Positions 39,481-48,604 are shown, numbered from the stretch's first letter. The stretch is DNA of 64,000 nt from an uncultured bacterium (GCA_963845185.1 CAWJRG010000005.1:740867-804866), one strand, 5' to 3'. The notes: a model not told the origin generated them from the sequence alone. Translations and numbers: made by a program.

Positions 39481-39497
39481 GTTTTTTCTCCTTTAAG

Positions 39498-39588
39498 TCC
39501 GTTGATTTTGCCAAGCGTCTAGCGCAGGCAAAATCTTACGGAATTTTATACCCGTTCAAGTCCCCAGCTTGTGAGGGACAAGAGGTAT
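39498..39588 (+). repeat. Two-hairpin element copy filling the cysK-metY spacer
   Basis: TCCGTTGATTTTGCC...GGCAAAATCTTACGGA followed by TACCCGTTCAAGTCCC...GGGACAAGAGGTA. Confidence 0.85.
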
Positions 39589-39590
39589 TT

Positions 39591-40520
39591 TTATGCCTGT
39601 TCTTCAAACAGCCAGGTGCTTAAATATCTCTCGCCTGTATCCGGTATTATAACCACAATAAGTTTGCCTGCGTTTTCAGTCCTTTTGGCAACCTGCAACG
39701 CGCCCCAAAGCGCCGCTCCCGAAGATATACCGATGAGCAGCCCTTCTTCTTTGGCAGCGGCCCGCGCAGTCGCTCCTGCATCCTCATCTTTTGCTTTTAT
39801 AACCTCGTCAATAATTTTCCTGTCCAGTATTTCCGGTATAAAATTAGCGCCAATGCCCTGAATCTTGTGCGGCGCTGCTTGACCGCCTGAAAGAAGCGGC
39901 GACTTTTCAGGCTCAACTGCTATGACCTTAAAATCTTTTTTTCTAGATTTCAGGACTTCGCCTATGCCTGTAATTGTCCCACCTGTGCCTACTCCTGCCA
40001 CAAGAATATCTGCCCTGCCTTCAGTATCTTTCCATATTTCTTCGGCTGTTGTCTTCCTGTGTATTTCCGGGTTTGCCGGATTTTTAAACTGCTGTGGTAT
40101 AAAGGCACCGGGCGTCCTTGCTGCCAGCTCATCTGCTGCCTCGACAGCGCCTTTCATCCCTTTTTGGCCCTCGGTAAGCACAAGTTCTGCACCGAATATT
40201 TTCAAAAGCTTCCTTCTTTCCACACTCATTGTTTCAGGCATAGTTAAAATCAGCCTGTAACCTTTTACTGCAGCGACATATGCCAGCGCAATACCTGTGT
40301 TCCCTGAAGTCGGCTCTATTATCACTGAACCCTTTTTAAGCTGGCCTTTTTTCTCCGCGTCTTCTATCATGGCAAGACCTATCCTGTCTTTAACGCTTGC
40401 AAGAGGGTTAAAAAACTCTAGCTTTGCTGCGACAGTTGCCTTGCTGTTGCCAGCCATTTTATTGATCCTTACCAGTGGTGTGTTTCCAATAAGCTTTGTA
40501 ATGTCTTCTGCAATCTTCAT
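39591..40520 (-). CDS. cysK: Cysteine synthase A
   Basis: IGNTPLV, SVKDRI, PTSGNTG, GVGTGGT, HKIQGIG and [10 protein letters not shown]. Confidence 0.97.
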   Translation of the reverse strand: MKIAEDITKLIGNTPLVRINKMAGNSKATVAAKLEFFNPLASVKDRIGLAMIEDAEKKGQLKKGSVIIEPTSGNTGIALAYVAAVKGYRLILTMPETMSVERRKLLKIFGAELVLTEGQKGMKGAVEAADELAARTPGAFIPQQFKNPANPEIHRKTTAEEIWKDTEGRADILVAGVGTGGTITGIGEVLKSRKKDFKVIAVEPEKSPLLSGGQAAPHKIQGIGANFIPEILDRKIIDEVIKAKDEDAGATARAAAKEEGLLIGISSGAALWGALQVAKRTENAGKLIVVIIPDTGERYLSTWLFEEQA

Positions 40521-40539
40521 TTTTTCACCTCGGATATTT

Positions 40540-41007
40540 TTATATATAGTACATTGCAAGTTCTTTATCTTTTACCCTTAACTTTTCATCCCTTTGCGCA
40601 AGTTCCTTGAAAGTAATGTTGTCTATAATCCCGTTAATTGAGTCCCTGACATCTTTCCATATAGGCTTTAAAACGCACCTGCTCTCAAAATCGCAGTATT
40701 TATTTTGCGATGCGCTCACGCAAGCAATCGGCGATGTCGGCCCGTCCATCAGCCTTATTATTTCGCCAAGAGTTATTTTTTCAGGGTCTTTTGCTATTTC
40801 GTATCCGCCTTTTATGCCTCTGTGGCTTTTTACGTAGCCGGCATTTTTCAAAGTCAATAGTATGTGTTCAAGAAATTTTAGCGGTATGTCCTGGGACTTT
40901 GAAATCTCTCCTATCTGGCTCCTGCCCTCTTTGGCTTTATTATTATATTGAGAGGCCAGGTATACAAGCGCTTTTATGGCATAATCGCCTTTATAAGAAA
41001 TGCGCAT
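40540..41007 (-). CDS. Rrf2-family transcriptional regulator (CymR/IscR-like)
   Basis: DYAIKAL, FLEHIL...LKNAG...SHRGIKGGY, and three C-terminal cysteines. Heads the Cys/Met operon. Confidence 0.92.
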   Translation of the reverse strand: MRISYKGDYAIKALVYLASQYNNKAKEGRSQIGEISKSQDIPLKFLEHILLTLKNAGYVKSHRGIKGGYEIAKDPEKITLGEIIRLMDGPTSPIACVSASQNKYCDFESRCVLKPIWKDVRDSINGIIDNITFKELAQRDEKLRVKDKELAMYYI

Positions 41008-41038
41008 TTTGTCTCCTTCTCTTTCTTTTATACTCTAT

Positions 41039-41093
41039 AATCTCTATCGGATTAGTCGTGTATAAGTATATAAAAAAATCCCTTTTTTGTCAA
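41039..41093 (-). promoter_or_regulatory. Sigma70 promoter with an adjacent Rrf2-type operator
   Basis: TTGACA (41093-41088), 17-bp spacer, TATACT (41070-41065), then ATACACGACTAATCCGATAGAGATT. Confidence 0.7.
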
Positions 41094-41121
41094 GGGAATT
41101 TTTAAAATTATTTTAACAGTA

Positions 41122-41196
41122 ATAAAAAATAATGGGAGAGCTAATTTAGTGGCAATTCACGCCGCTCTCCCATTAGCCTTGTGTTTCTAAGGCTGT
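41122..41196 (-). ncRNA. Candidate ~75-nt small RNA
   Basis: Own TTGACT-17-TATACA promoter (41231-41203), a 6-bp hairpin, then a 12-bp stem plus U-tract. No ORF on this strand. Confidence 0.5.
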
Positions 41197-41354
41197 AATG
41201 TATGTATACCATATGTTCATCAAAAAGTCAAGTTCGATTGCCAATTTCAGTAATTTTTTAGTCCTTATTTTCAGGTTTATAAATAATTGAATGTATGTTA
41301 TTGTTTTTTAAATTACAAAACACAATAAAAAAATGATCTCAAAAAGAGGCGCTA

Positions 41355-42200
41355 ATGGACGGAATAATCCTAATAAATAAACAAAAAGGAATTACTTCTT
41401 TTAAGACGGTTGATTATTTAAAAAAGAAATTCAAGCTGGAAAAAATCGGCCATTCAGGCACGCTTGACCCCATGGCAACCGGTCTGCTGATTGCCATGAT
41501 AAATAAAGCAACAAAAATAAATGAATACCTTGATTATGACAAGGAATACGAAATCGAAATAACCTTTGGTAAAGAGACAGATACCTGCGATACAGACGGT
41601 AAGGTTATAAGGCAAGCTCCTGTGCCTGATAATCTTGAGGAAAAAATAAAAAGCATCATTCCGTCTTTCACCGGAGAAATCATGCAAAAGCCGCCTGTAT
41701 TTTCCGCTTTAAAAAAAGACGGTGAAAAATCTTATAACCTCGCTAGAAAAGGCATAGCCGTGGAAATAACTCCCCGCAGAGTCAGAATAAATAAAATTAC
41801 GCTGGCAGCTTGCAACATGGATAAAGTAAATCTGACAGTATCCTGCGCCGGCGGGACTTATATGCGAAGCTTGGCACGCGATATGGGTGAAGTCCTTGGT
41901 TCAGCTGCCGTTTTATCTTCAATTTACCGTACAAAAATCGGCAAGTTTTTGGTAAATGACAGTTATAAAACAGAAATGCTCGATACTCTTGACAATAAAA
42001 TAATTTCAATAAACAACGCTTTATATGAAATGACTGCAATTGATTTAAAAGCACAGGAATATAAAAAGGTATCAAATGGGGCTGCCATAGAAAACAGCAC
42101 TTCTTTAAAATCAGGCAATGTAAAAATTGTTTATAATAACAATGTTGTCGCGATAGGTGAAATAGACGGAAATAAAATAAAAATCAAAAGAGGCTTATAA
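41355..42200 (+). CDS. truB: tRNA pseudouridine(55) synthase
   Basis: KIGHSGTLDPMATG, PPVFSALK, GTYMRSLARDMG. Confidence 0.96.
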   Translation: MDGIILINKQKGITSFKTVDYLKKKFKLEKIGHSGTLDPMATGLLIAMINKATKINEYLDYDKEYEIEITFGKETDTCDTDGKVIRQAPVPDNLEEKIKSIIPSFTGEIMQKPPVFSALKKDGEKSYNLARKGIAVEITPRRVRINKITLAACNMDKVNLTVSCAGGTYMRSLARDMGEVLGSAAVLSSIYRTKIGKFLVNDSYKTEMLDTLDNKIISINNALYEMTAIDLKAQEYKKVSNGAAIENSTSLKSGNVKIVYNNNVVAIGEIDGNKIKIKRGL

Positions 42201-42250
42201 ATCATTTTTAATTTTTTATTCCGGTTTTAAAACATTTCCAATTCAAAATA

Positions 42251-43279
42251 TCATGGCGTTACCCAGACATCGTTCCTGTTGCCGTTTATATCTGTTCCGC
42301 CTAGCATCCAGAGTTTATTATTATAAATCAAGATTTGATGATTATACCTTGGCCTGAATGCGGCTGCACTTGTCGTCATGTACCAGTCGGTCCCATTCAT
42401 TGAATTCCACAAATCGTTTTTCATCGTGGTTCCTTTTTCGTCGAGTGCCCCGCCCATCACAAATATCCTGCCGTTAAATACATATGTGGCGTCCCCCTGC
42501 CTTGCCTCAAAAGCCGCTGTGGTTACTGCCTGGTACCAGTCTTTGCCACTGTCCGACCACCATATGTCGTTTAAAAGTTTTCCATTCGCAATGCCGCCTA
42601 TTACCCAAAGTTTGCTGTTGAATGAAGCTGCGGTAAATTTTTCCCTTGGCCCGAAAGCGGCTGTATCTGTTATTTTCTGCCATGTACCGCCGTTATCTGA
42701 CGACCATACATCACTCATTACTCCTTTTGATGTCCTGCCGCCTATTAAAAATATTTTGCCGTTATATACGATCCCGCAGCTTCCTTCCCTGGGCGCAAAT
42801 TCTGCGGAAGCAGCGGCCTTTTTCCACGAGCCGCCGTCTGAAGATGACCATATGTCGTTTTTTAAATTTCCATCATTCCCCGAAATAACCCATAATTTAT
42901 TGTCATAAACAAGTGTTGCAAAACCCGACCTTGGGGAAAAATCTGCGTTTGGGGTAACCTTCTGCCACGTCGTTCCGTCGGTCGTCGACAAAACATCGTT
43001 TATTTTTGCTGTGTTTGTCAGACCTCCAATTATCCAAATTTTATCTAAAAACACTGCCGCACCAAACTGCGTCCTGGCTGAAAAAGTATTTGTGATGCCC
43101 GCAGGTAACCATACGGTGCCTGGCACAGGCGTAATTGACGCAGTTTGCGGACTTCCGCTTCCGCCCTGCGAGCTGCCGTACGGGGTAGTAGGAGCCCCGC
43201 CTGTTTGCGAACAGTTTGAAATAAAACACAATATAACAATAACTGCAGCTGCTATAAACATCCATTTTTTTTCAGTCAT
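42251..43279 (-). CDS. Kelch-like beta-propeller protein, probable lipoprotein
   Basis: Six F.pR....(F/Y)..KIWxIGG...NDxWxSxDG repeats. Hydrophobic leader ending ISNC. Confidence 0.8.
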   Translation of the reverse strand: MTEKKWMFIAAAVIVILCFISNCSQTGGAPTTPYGSSQGGSGSPQTASITPVPGTVWLPAGITNTFSARTQFGAAVFLDKIWIIGGLTNTAKINDVLSTTDGTTWQKVTPNADFSPRSGFATLVYDNKLWVISGNDGNLKNDIWSSSDGGSWKKAAASAEFAPREGSCGIVYNGKIFLIGGRTSKGVMSDVWSSDNGGTWQKITDTAAFGPREKFTAASFNSKLWVIGGIANGKLLNDIWWSDSGKDWYQAVTTAAFEARQGDATYVFNGRIFVMGGALDEKGTTMKNDLWNSMNGTDWYMTTSAAAFRPRYNHQILIYNNKLWMLGGTDINGNRNDVWVTP

Positions 43280-43296
43280 TTATGTCTCCGATACAA

Positions 43297-43389
43297 GAGT
43301 TTATTTTGTCAACCTATAGGCACAATAAAATATTGCCCCTGCTTGCATCCATTCAAGTCTGAGGCTTATTGGCCTAGGATAAGCGGTGC
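43297..43389 (+). repeat. Degenerate two-hairpin element copy
   Basis: TATTTTGTCAAC...AAAATA followed by CCATTCAAGTCTGAGGC...GGCCTAGGATAAGCGGTG, most similar to the copy at 1629. Confidence 0.7.
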
Positions 43390-43436
43390 TATTTTCAAAA
43401 GTTTTTTAAATCTTTCAATTTAAAATTCAAAATGCA

Positions 43437-43574
43437 CTATTCTGGCATCATTTTTTTTAATAATTGTCTTGCCCTTTTCCTGCCCTTTCTTTTAAAAAAT
43501 CTTTTTGACTTTGTATGCGCATCATCAGGATGGGCCGGCCGTTTTATTGAATAAATCTTCCTGCCAATCTGCAT
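43437..43574 (-). CDS. Unannotated 45-aa basic small protein
   Basis: AGGAAGGA RBS. Translates to MQIGRKIYSIKRPAHPDDAHTKSKRFFKRKGRKRARQLLKKMMPE. Confidence 0.5.
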   Translation of the reverse strand: MQIGRKIYSIKRPAHPDDAHTKSKRFFKRKGRKRARQLLKKMMPE

Positions 43575-43625
43575 TAAATTAAATCCTTCCTGATTTTTAC
43601 GCGGTTAATTTCTTTTCTATCCTGG

Positions 43626-44306
43626 TTAGAATCTTCCAAATTCAAAACCAATATTTCCTGTTACGCCTTTTATGTCAGTATCGTTAAAATTCATTTCATT
43701 CAGGCCGTATGAATATAAATACCCTACTCCCAAAGTCAACCTGAAATTTTCAAGTACATTCACAACCATGCTTATCTGCGGTTCAAGTATCAAAAATGTA
43801 TCCGAAGGCGCTTCTTCCGTCTTTCCGTTTTCTACAATTACCGAGTGACTTGCCCCGCCCGCACCTATAAGCACATTTGCTGTAAAATGAACAAGTTTCT
43901 CAGGCATTATCATCATGCCTATTTCACCGCCGCCATAACCCAGGTAAATACTGTATGTGTTATCGTCTGCCGTGGTGTTAACATTCGTAGCAAGTCCATA
44001 ACCGGCTCCGCCTATCCACATATAATGGTTTAATATCCAGCCGCCTTCGCCCCCTACCCAGACGCCGAAATTTTTTCCAACCTGGCTGAATTTTATTACA
44101 GGCGCACCGAATGCGCCATATTCCATATTCCCGCTTAATAAAGTCTCAGACTGATATTTTGGCTGCTGCTGATTCATATCCTGCGCAGTGCTGCTGACTC
44201 CTTGTGTCCCTTCCTGTTTCTGGTTAACCCCTGCAGGCGTTGTGTCAGCGAAAACAACCGATGCAAAAAGCAATACAACTACCATCAAAAAAAACTTCTT
44301 TTTCAT
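43626..44306 (-). CDS. Small outer-membrane beta-barrel protein
   Basis: Signal peptide, Gly/aromatic strands (GGAGYG, GYGG, LIGAGG, LEP), and terminal FEFGRF. Confidence 0.75.
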   Translation of the reverse strand: MKKKFFLMVVVLLFASVVFADTTPAGVNQKQEGTQGVSSTAQDMNQQQPKYQSETLLSGNMEYGAFGAPVIKFSQVGKNFGVWVGGEGGWILNHYMWIGGAGYGLATNVNTTADDNTYSIYLGYGGGEIGMMIMPEKLVHFTANVLIGAGGASHSVIVENGKTEEAPSDTFLILEPQISMVVNVLENFRLTLGVGYLYSYGLNEMNFNDTDIKGVTGNIGFEFGRF

Positions 44307-44368
44307 TTTCGATTCCTCCTTTTATTAGTTTTAAACCTGTATTTTATAGCCTTCTGCTTATTATCATA

Positions 44369-45148
44369 TTACTTGTTGTTCAATTTGTAAATCAAATTAA
44401 AACCTTTCAGGGTAAAATTCTTGTCCGCATGCACGTCATCTTCCTTTATCTTATTTGCCGGAATCAGGTCGCAGTCCCCGCCTGTCAAAATAACTTTTAC
44501 TTTCTTTGTATTCAATTCTGATTTTATGCCTTTGATCAGATGGTTTATTGCCCCGGTAAAACCGTTTAATATGCCGCTCTGTATGCTTTTTTCCGTCGTA
44601 TCGCCTATCATTTTTGATGGAAATTTAAGTGCTACCTGCGGCAATTTGGCGGTCCTTGAAAATAGGCTGAATAGCGACAGGTTCATGCCTGGCAATATCA
44701 CGCCGCCGAGATATTCCCCTTTTTTGTTTACAACGTCAAAAGAAACTGCCGTGCCGAAATCTATGATTATCGTGTCTGATTTTTTATAATAGTGCCTTGC
44801 CGCAACCGCGTTTGCCAGCCTGTCGTCGCCAACCTCGGCTTTATTCCTGTATCTATTTTTTATGTTTAACTTGACGCCAGTCTCCAGCAAAACCGGATTA
44901 ATTTTCAGGTATTTTTTTATCATATGCTCCAGTATATGGGTTATTGCCGGTACAACGCTTCCTATTATCGCGCCGTCAACTTCCGATATTTCCAGTCCTT
45001 CCTTTTTAAGCAAAGTATAAATGACTGAAAAATACTGGTCCTCGGTATAATTGATGTTTGTCCTTATGCGCAACTGGAAGAGCAGTATGTCACCCTTAAA
45101 TACGCCTGTTGTTATGTTTGTATTTCCCGCGTTGAATACAAGCGTCAT
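44369..45148 (-). CDS. coaX: Type III pantothenate kinase
   Basis: GNTN, SVVP, VGDDR, DFGTA, GGVILPG, TAKLP and LTGG. Likely ATG at 45148. Confidence 0.93.
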   Translation of the reverse strand: MTLVFNAGNTNITTGVFKGDILLFQLRIRTNINYTEDQYFSVIYTLLKKEGLEISEVDGAIIGSVVPAITHILEHMIKKYLKINPVLLETGVKLNIKNRYRNKAEVGDDRLANAVAARHYYKKSDTIIIDFGTAVSFDVVNKKGEYLGGVILPGMNLSLFSLFSRTAKLPQVALKFPSKMIGDTTEKSIQSGILNGFTGAINHLIKGIKSELNTKKVKVILTGGDCDLIPANKIKEDDVHADKNFTLKGFNLIYKLNNK

Positions 45149-45152
45149 TTTT

Positions 45153-45434
45153 TCACCCGAATTTAAAGGTAACGCCGTAACCGCCCTGGGGGTATTCCCA
45201 TTCGACGTCATCCGGCGCAGCCACCCTGCATGTCCCGCATTCAAGGCAGTTTTCAAACGACACTATTGCCTCGCCCTTGTCGTTCATCTCGTAAACCTTT
45301 GCAGGGCATACAAAAAGTATTTCCTCCACGACATGTTTTACGTCGGCGCCCTGCCTTATTTTTAAATGTGTTTTTTCAAAAGGCTTGAATTTATTCAGGC
45401 CGAGCTTGTCTTCCATTGTTGTAAACTGCTTCAT
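45153..45434 (-). CDS. fixX: FixX-like ferredoxin
   Basis: CPAKVY...CLECGTC...WEYPQGGYGV. Confidence 0.92.
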   Translation of the reverse strand: MKQFTTMEDKLGLNKFKPFEKTHLKIRQGADVKHVVEEILFVCPAKVYEMNDKGEAIVSFENCLECGTCRVAAPDDVEWEYPQGGYGVTFKFG

Positions 45435-46735
45435 ATTATGACCCTCCTCATTGCAAGAGCCGTCTTGATAAGTCCGAACACCGATTCCTGCTTTAAGAGC
45501 ATGCCGATTAGTTTTTTCTCCTTGTCGCCTTTTGGCACTCCGTCGATTCCGAACAGTTCGCTTACCAGCTCCTCTATCATTTTCGGGTATTTCTCAAATA
45601 TCTGCGGGTTGTGCTCTAGCGTTTTCGGCAATTTTTTAAACTGCTTTAAATCGCGCAGCGCAAAACTTTTCTGCAGTTTCGCCCCGTACGCCGAAAGCGC
45701 GGCTGTTGAAAAATCGTTTTTCTGTTTTGCCTCAATTGCAGTTTCAGCCGCCAGCCTGCCTGTTTCCATTGCGAGGTTTGTGCCCTCATGGAAAAGCGTG
45801 GCGTTCACAAACCCGGCCGCGTCGCCCGCGACCAGCACATTGTCCCTGTAAAGTTTTGACAGCGCGTTAAACCCGCCGTCCGGAATCAGGTGCGCGGAAT
45901 ATTCTTTTTGTTCGCCGTCCCTTATTAAAGGCTGTATCACCGGGTGGTTTTTGAAAAATTCCAGTATGTCATTCGGGTTCAGCTTATGCTCTATTAGGGA
46001 TTTTATCGAGGCTCCGATTCCTACTGAAACCGTGTCCTTGTTTGTGTATATGAACCCGGAACCTATGGCGCCTTTTGCCGCGTAGCCGAAATATTCGTAT
46101 GCCGAGCCTTCATTGCCTGAAAGGCCAAACCTGTCCTTTATTTTCTCCTCGGGCAGGGCAATGATTTCCTTCACGCCTATTATGGTATTCTCAGCAGCAA
46201 GTTCCTTGTGCATGCCGATTTTTTTTGCGAGTATTGAATTAACGCCGTCCGCAAGTATTATTACGTCGCCGTATATATCCCCGTCTTCCATCCTTGCCTT
46301 TACGCCGGCTATTTTGCCGTCCTTCATGATAAAATCATCAACCACTGCTCCGGTAATAAGCATGGCGCCCGCTGCCTCGACTTTTTCCGAAAACCACTTG
46401 TCGAATTTAGCCCGCAGTACTGTAAAACTGTCGTTATACGGCTCCTTATTGTATTTGTTGAATTTAAACTCTCCTGCCATCTCGCCATCCGGAGTAAGCA
46501 ACGAAAACCTTCTTTTAGTAACGTTGCGTTCCACAGGCGCGTCTTTTATAAAATCAGGCATCAGCTGCCTTAAAACATTCGTGAAAAATATCCCGCCGAA
46601 CACGTTTTTTGAGCCGCAGTAATCGCCGCGTTCCAGTATTATCACCTGCAAACCTGCTTTGGCCATGGCATACGCCGCAGTAAGCCCTGCCGGCCCGCCG
46701 CCTACTACTATGGCGTCAAATTTTTCCTCAGCCAT
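45431..46735 (-). CDS. fixC: FixC-like FAD-dependent oxidoreductase (ETF-QO family)
   Basis: VGGGPAG, ERGDYCGSKN, LRAKFDKW, EYSAHLIP and AGDAAG. Confidence 0.92.
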   Translation of the reverse strand: MAEEKFDAIVVGGGPAGLTAAYAMAKAGLQVIILERGDYCGSKNVFGGIFFTNVLRQLMPDFIKDAPVERNVTKRRFSLLTPDGEMAGEFKFNKYNKEPYNDSFTVLRAKFDKWFSEKVEAAGAMLITGAVVDDFIMKDGKIAGVKARMEDGDIYGDVIILADGVNSILAKKIGMHKELAAENTIIGVKEIIALPEEKIKDRFGLSGNEGSAYEYFGYAAKGAIGSGFIYTNKDTVSVGIGASIKSLIEHKLNPNDILEFFKNHPVIQPLIRDGEQKEYSAHLIPDGGFNALSKLYRDNVLVAGDAAGFVNATLFHEGTNLAMETGRLAAETAIEAKQKNDFSTAALSAYGAKLQKSFALRDLKQFKKLPKTLEHNPQIFEKYPKMIEELVSELFGIDGVPKGDKEKKLIGMLLKQESVFGLIKTALAMRRVII

Positions 46736-47888
46736 TTTTTTTCTCTCCTTTGCCTGTATTATTTATATTTTCAACTTTTTTCATGAATTCTTTTACTTCC
46801 CTGTAATCCTCGGGCTTTTCAGCCATTTTAACATCTTTAAAAATTTCCTTCAATCTGGAATTAGGATTCTTGGGGGTAATTATCTTTATAACCACATGCA
46901 TGTCGCCCTTTCCGTAAGATTCAAAATGCGGGAACCCCTGGTTTCTAAGCGTTATTACGTCCTCGTGTTGGGAGCCCGATGGTATTTTTATTTTCTGCGT
47001 GTCGTACAGACCCGGTATTTCTATTTCATCGCCCAATACTGCCTGCCCCATTGTTATCGGCAGGTCCACTATAAGGTCGTCTTCGTTGCGTTTGAATATC
47101 GCATGCTCGTTTAAATTTATGACTACATAAAGGTCCCCGTTATTTCCGCCGCGCAGGCCCGTGTTCCCCTCGCCCCTTATTGTCAGATACGAGTTGTCCC
47201 TCACGCCCGCCGGTATTTTTACTTCTATCTTTTTCCTGTTTGTTTCAATGCCTGTGCCCCTGCAGTCCGTGCATAAATTTTCCGCGATTTCTCCCTCGCC
47301 GTGGCACGCCGGGCACTCCGTTACCATTGTAAAAAATCCCTGTGCCCGCCTCACCTTTCCCTGGCCGCCGCAGGTCGTACATGTTTTTTTCCGCGAACCC
47401 GGTTTTATGCCCTCGCCCTTGCATGTGGCGCAGAGCTCTTTTCTCTCAATATCGACAACGACCGTTTTCCCGAAAGCCGCGTCTTTATAATCTATATAAA
47501 CATCGGTCCTTACGTCTTCTCCCCTGCGCCTGCCGCTTTTCTTTCTGCCGCCGCCCCCCAGGTCAAACCCGAAAAACCCTCCGAACATGTCTGATATGTC
47601 TGAAAACAGATCGCTTACGTCGAATTCCATGTCAAAGCCCGAAAAGCCGCCAGCGCCGCGCTTCATGCCCTCGTATCCGTATGTGTCGTATATTTTCCTT
47701 GTTTCCGGGTTGCTTAAAATTTTATAAGCTTCGCCTATTTCCTTGAATTTTTCCTCGGCCTGCTTTTTATCGCCTTTGAATACGTCAGGGTGGTACTGTT
47801 TGGCAAGGTTTCTGAATGCTGTTTTAATTTCCGCTGTATCGGCATCCCTGCTGATGCCTAATGTTTTATAAAAATCTTTTTCCGGCAT
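46728..47888 (-). CDS. dnaJ: Chaperone DnaJ
   Basis: J-domain with HPD, G/F region, four CxxCxGxG motifs, and GDLYV. Confidence 0.96.
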   Translation of the reverse strand: MPEKDFYKTLGISRDADTAEIKTAFRNLAKQYHPDVFKGDKKQAEEKFKEIGEAYKILSNPETRKIYDTYGYEGMKRGAGGFSGFDMEFDVSDLFSDISDMFGGFFGFDLGGGGRKKSGRRRGEDVRTDVYIDYKDAAFGKTVVVDIERKELCATCKGEGIKPGSRKKTCTTCGGQGKVRRAQGFFTMVTECPACHGEGEIAENLCTDCRGTGIETNRKKIEVKIPAGVRDNSYLTIRGEGNTGLRGGNNGDLYVVINLNEHAIFKRNEDDLIVDLPITMGQAVLGDEIEIPGLYDTQKIKIPSGSQHEDVITLRNQGFPHFESYGKGDMHVVIKIITPKNPNSRLKEIFKDVKMAEKPEDYREVKEFMKKVENINNTGKGEKKNG

Positions 47889-47891
47889 TTT

Positions 47892-48515
47892 TTATTGTTT
47901 TTCCTCGGCTTTTTTTGTCTCATCTGGCTTTTTTTCTCCACCGGCTTCCATATTCTCTTTTACCGCCACTTTTACCATTGCCGGTCTTATTATCTTGTCT
48001 TCCATGAGATACCCTTTCTGGTAAACCTCGAGTATTTCCCCCTCTTCCTTGTCATCCCTGTGTTCCTTGAACATTACATGGTGGAACTCCGGATTAAACT
48101 TTATCTTTGTATCTATTTCCTTTATTCCAATCTTTGCCAGTGTATCATTAAATTGCTTGATGATTATCTCAATTCCTTTTTTAAAAGTTTCTGTATCCTT
48201 TGTCGCCCCGGCTGTGCTCACGGCGCGCTCAAGGTTGTCGAGTACCGGCAGGATTTCGCCCGCAATATCTCCGCGCGTAAATTTGACAAAATCCTCCTTG
48301 TCTTTTTGTACGCGCTTCCTGTAATTATCAAGCTCAGCCAAAGCCCTTAAATATTTGTCATGAAACTCGTGGATTTTATCGTCTTTTTCCTTTAATATCT
48401 CCTCATGCGTTTTTTCTTTTTTATGCTCTTTTTTATCATGATGCTCATGGTGTTCCTTATTTTCAGTGCCGTCATGATTTTTCTGGTCTTTATGCTGGTC
48501 TTTATGTTCTTCCAT
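47892..48515 (-). CDS. grpE: Nucleotide exchange factor GrpE
   Basis: LRALAELDNYRKR, LPVLDNLERA, FNPEFH and QKGY...IRPAMVKV. Confidence 0.96.
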   Translation of the reverse strand: MEEHKDQHKDQKNHDGTENKEHHEHHDKKEHKKEKTHEEILKEKDDKIHEFHDKYLRALAELDNYRKRVQKDKEDFVKFTRGDIAGEILPVLDNLERAVSTAGATKDTETFKKGIEIIIKQFNDTLAKIGIKEIDTKIKFNPEFHHVMFKEHRDDKEEGEILEVYQKGYLMEDKIIRPAMVKVAVKENMEAGGEKKPDETKKAEEKQ

Positions 48516-48576
48516 AAAATATTCACCGCCTGATTATGTTGCTTTCTTTTTGCCCTGTACAGGGCAAGTGATGATT

Positions 48577-48604
48577 ATTATAATTGAAGATTTTTTATTG
48601 TCAA
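48577..48604 (-). promoter_or_regulatory. Sigma70 promoter of the grpE operon
   Basis: TTGACA (48604-48599), 16-bp spacer, TATAAT (48582-48577). Confidence 0.65.

Noticed and set aside
39481..39590. SAM or T-box riboswitch upstream of metY
   Set aside because: It lacks SAM-I and T-box consensus sequence and is a copy of the dispersed hairpin element also found at unrelated genes.
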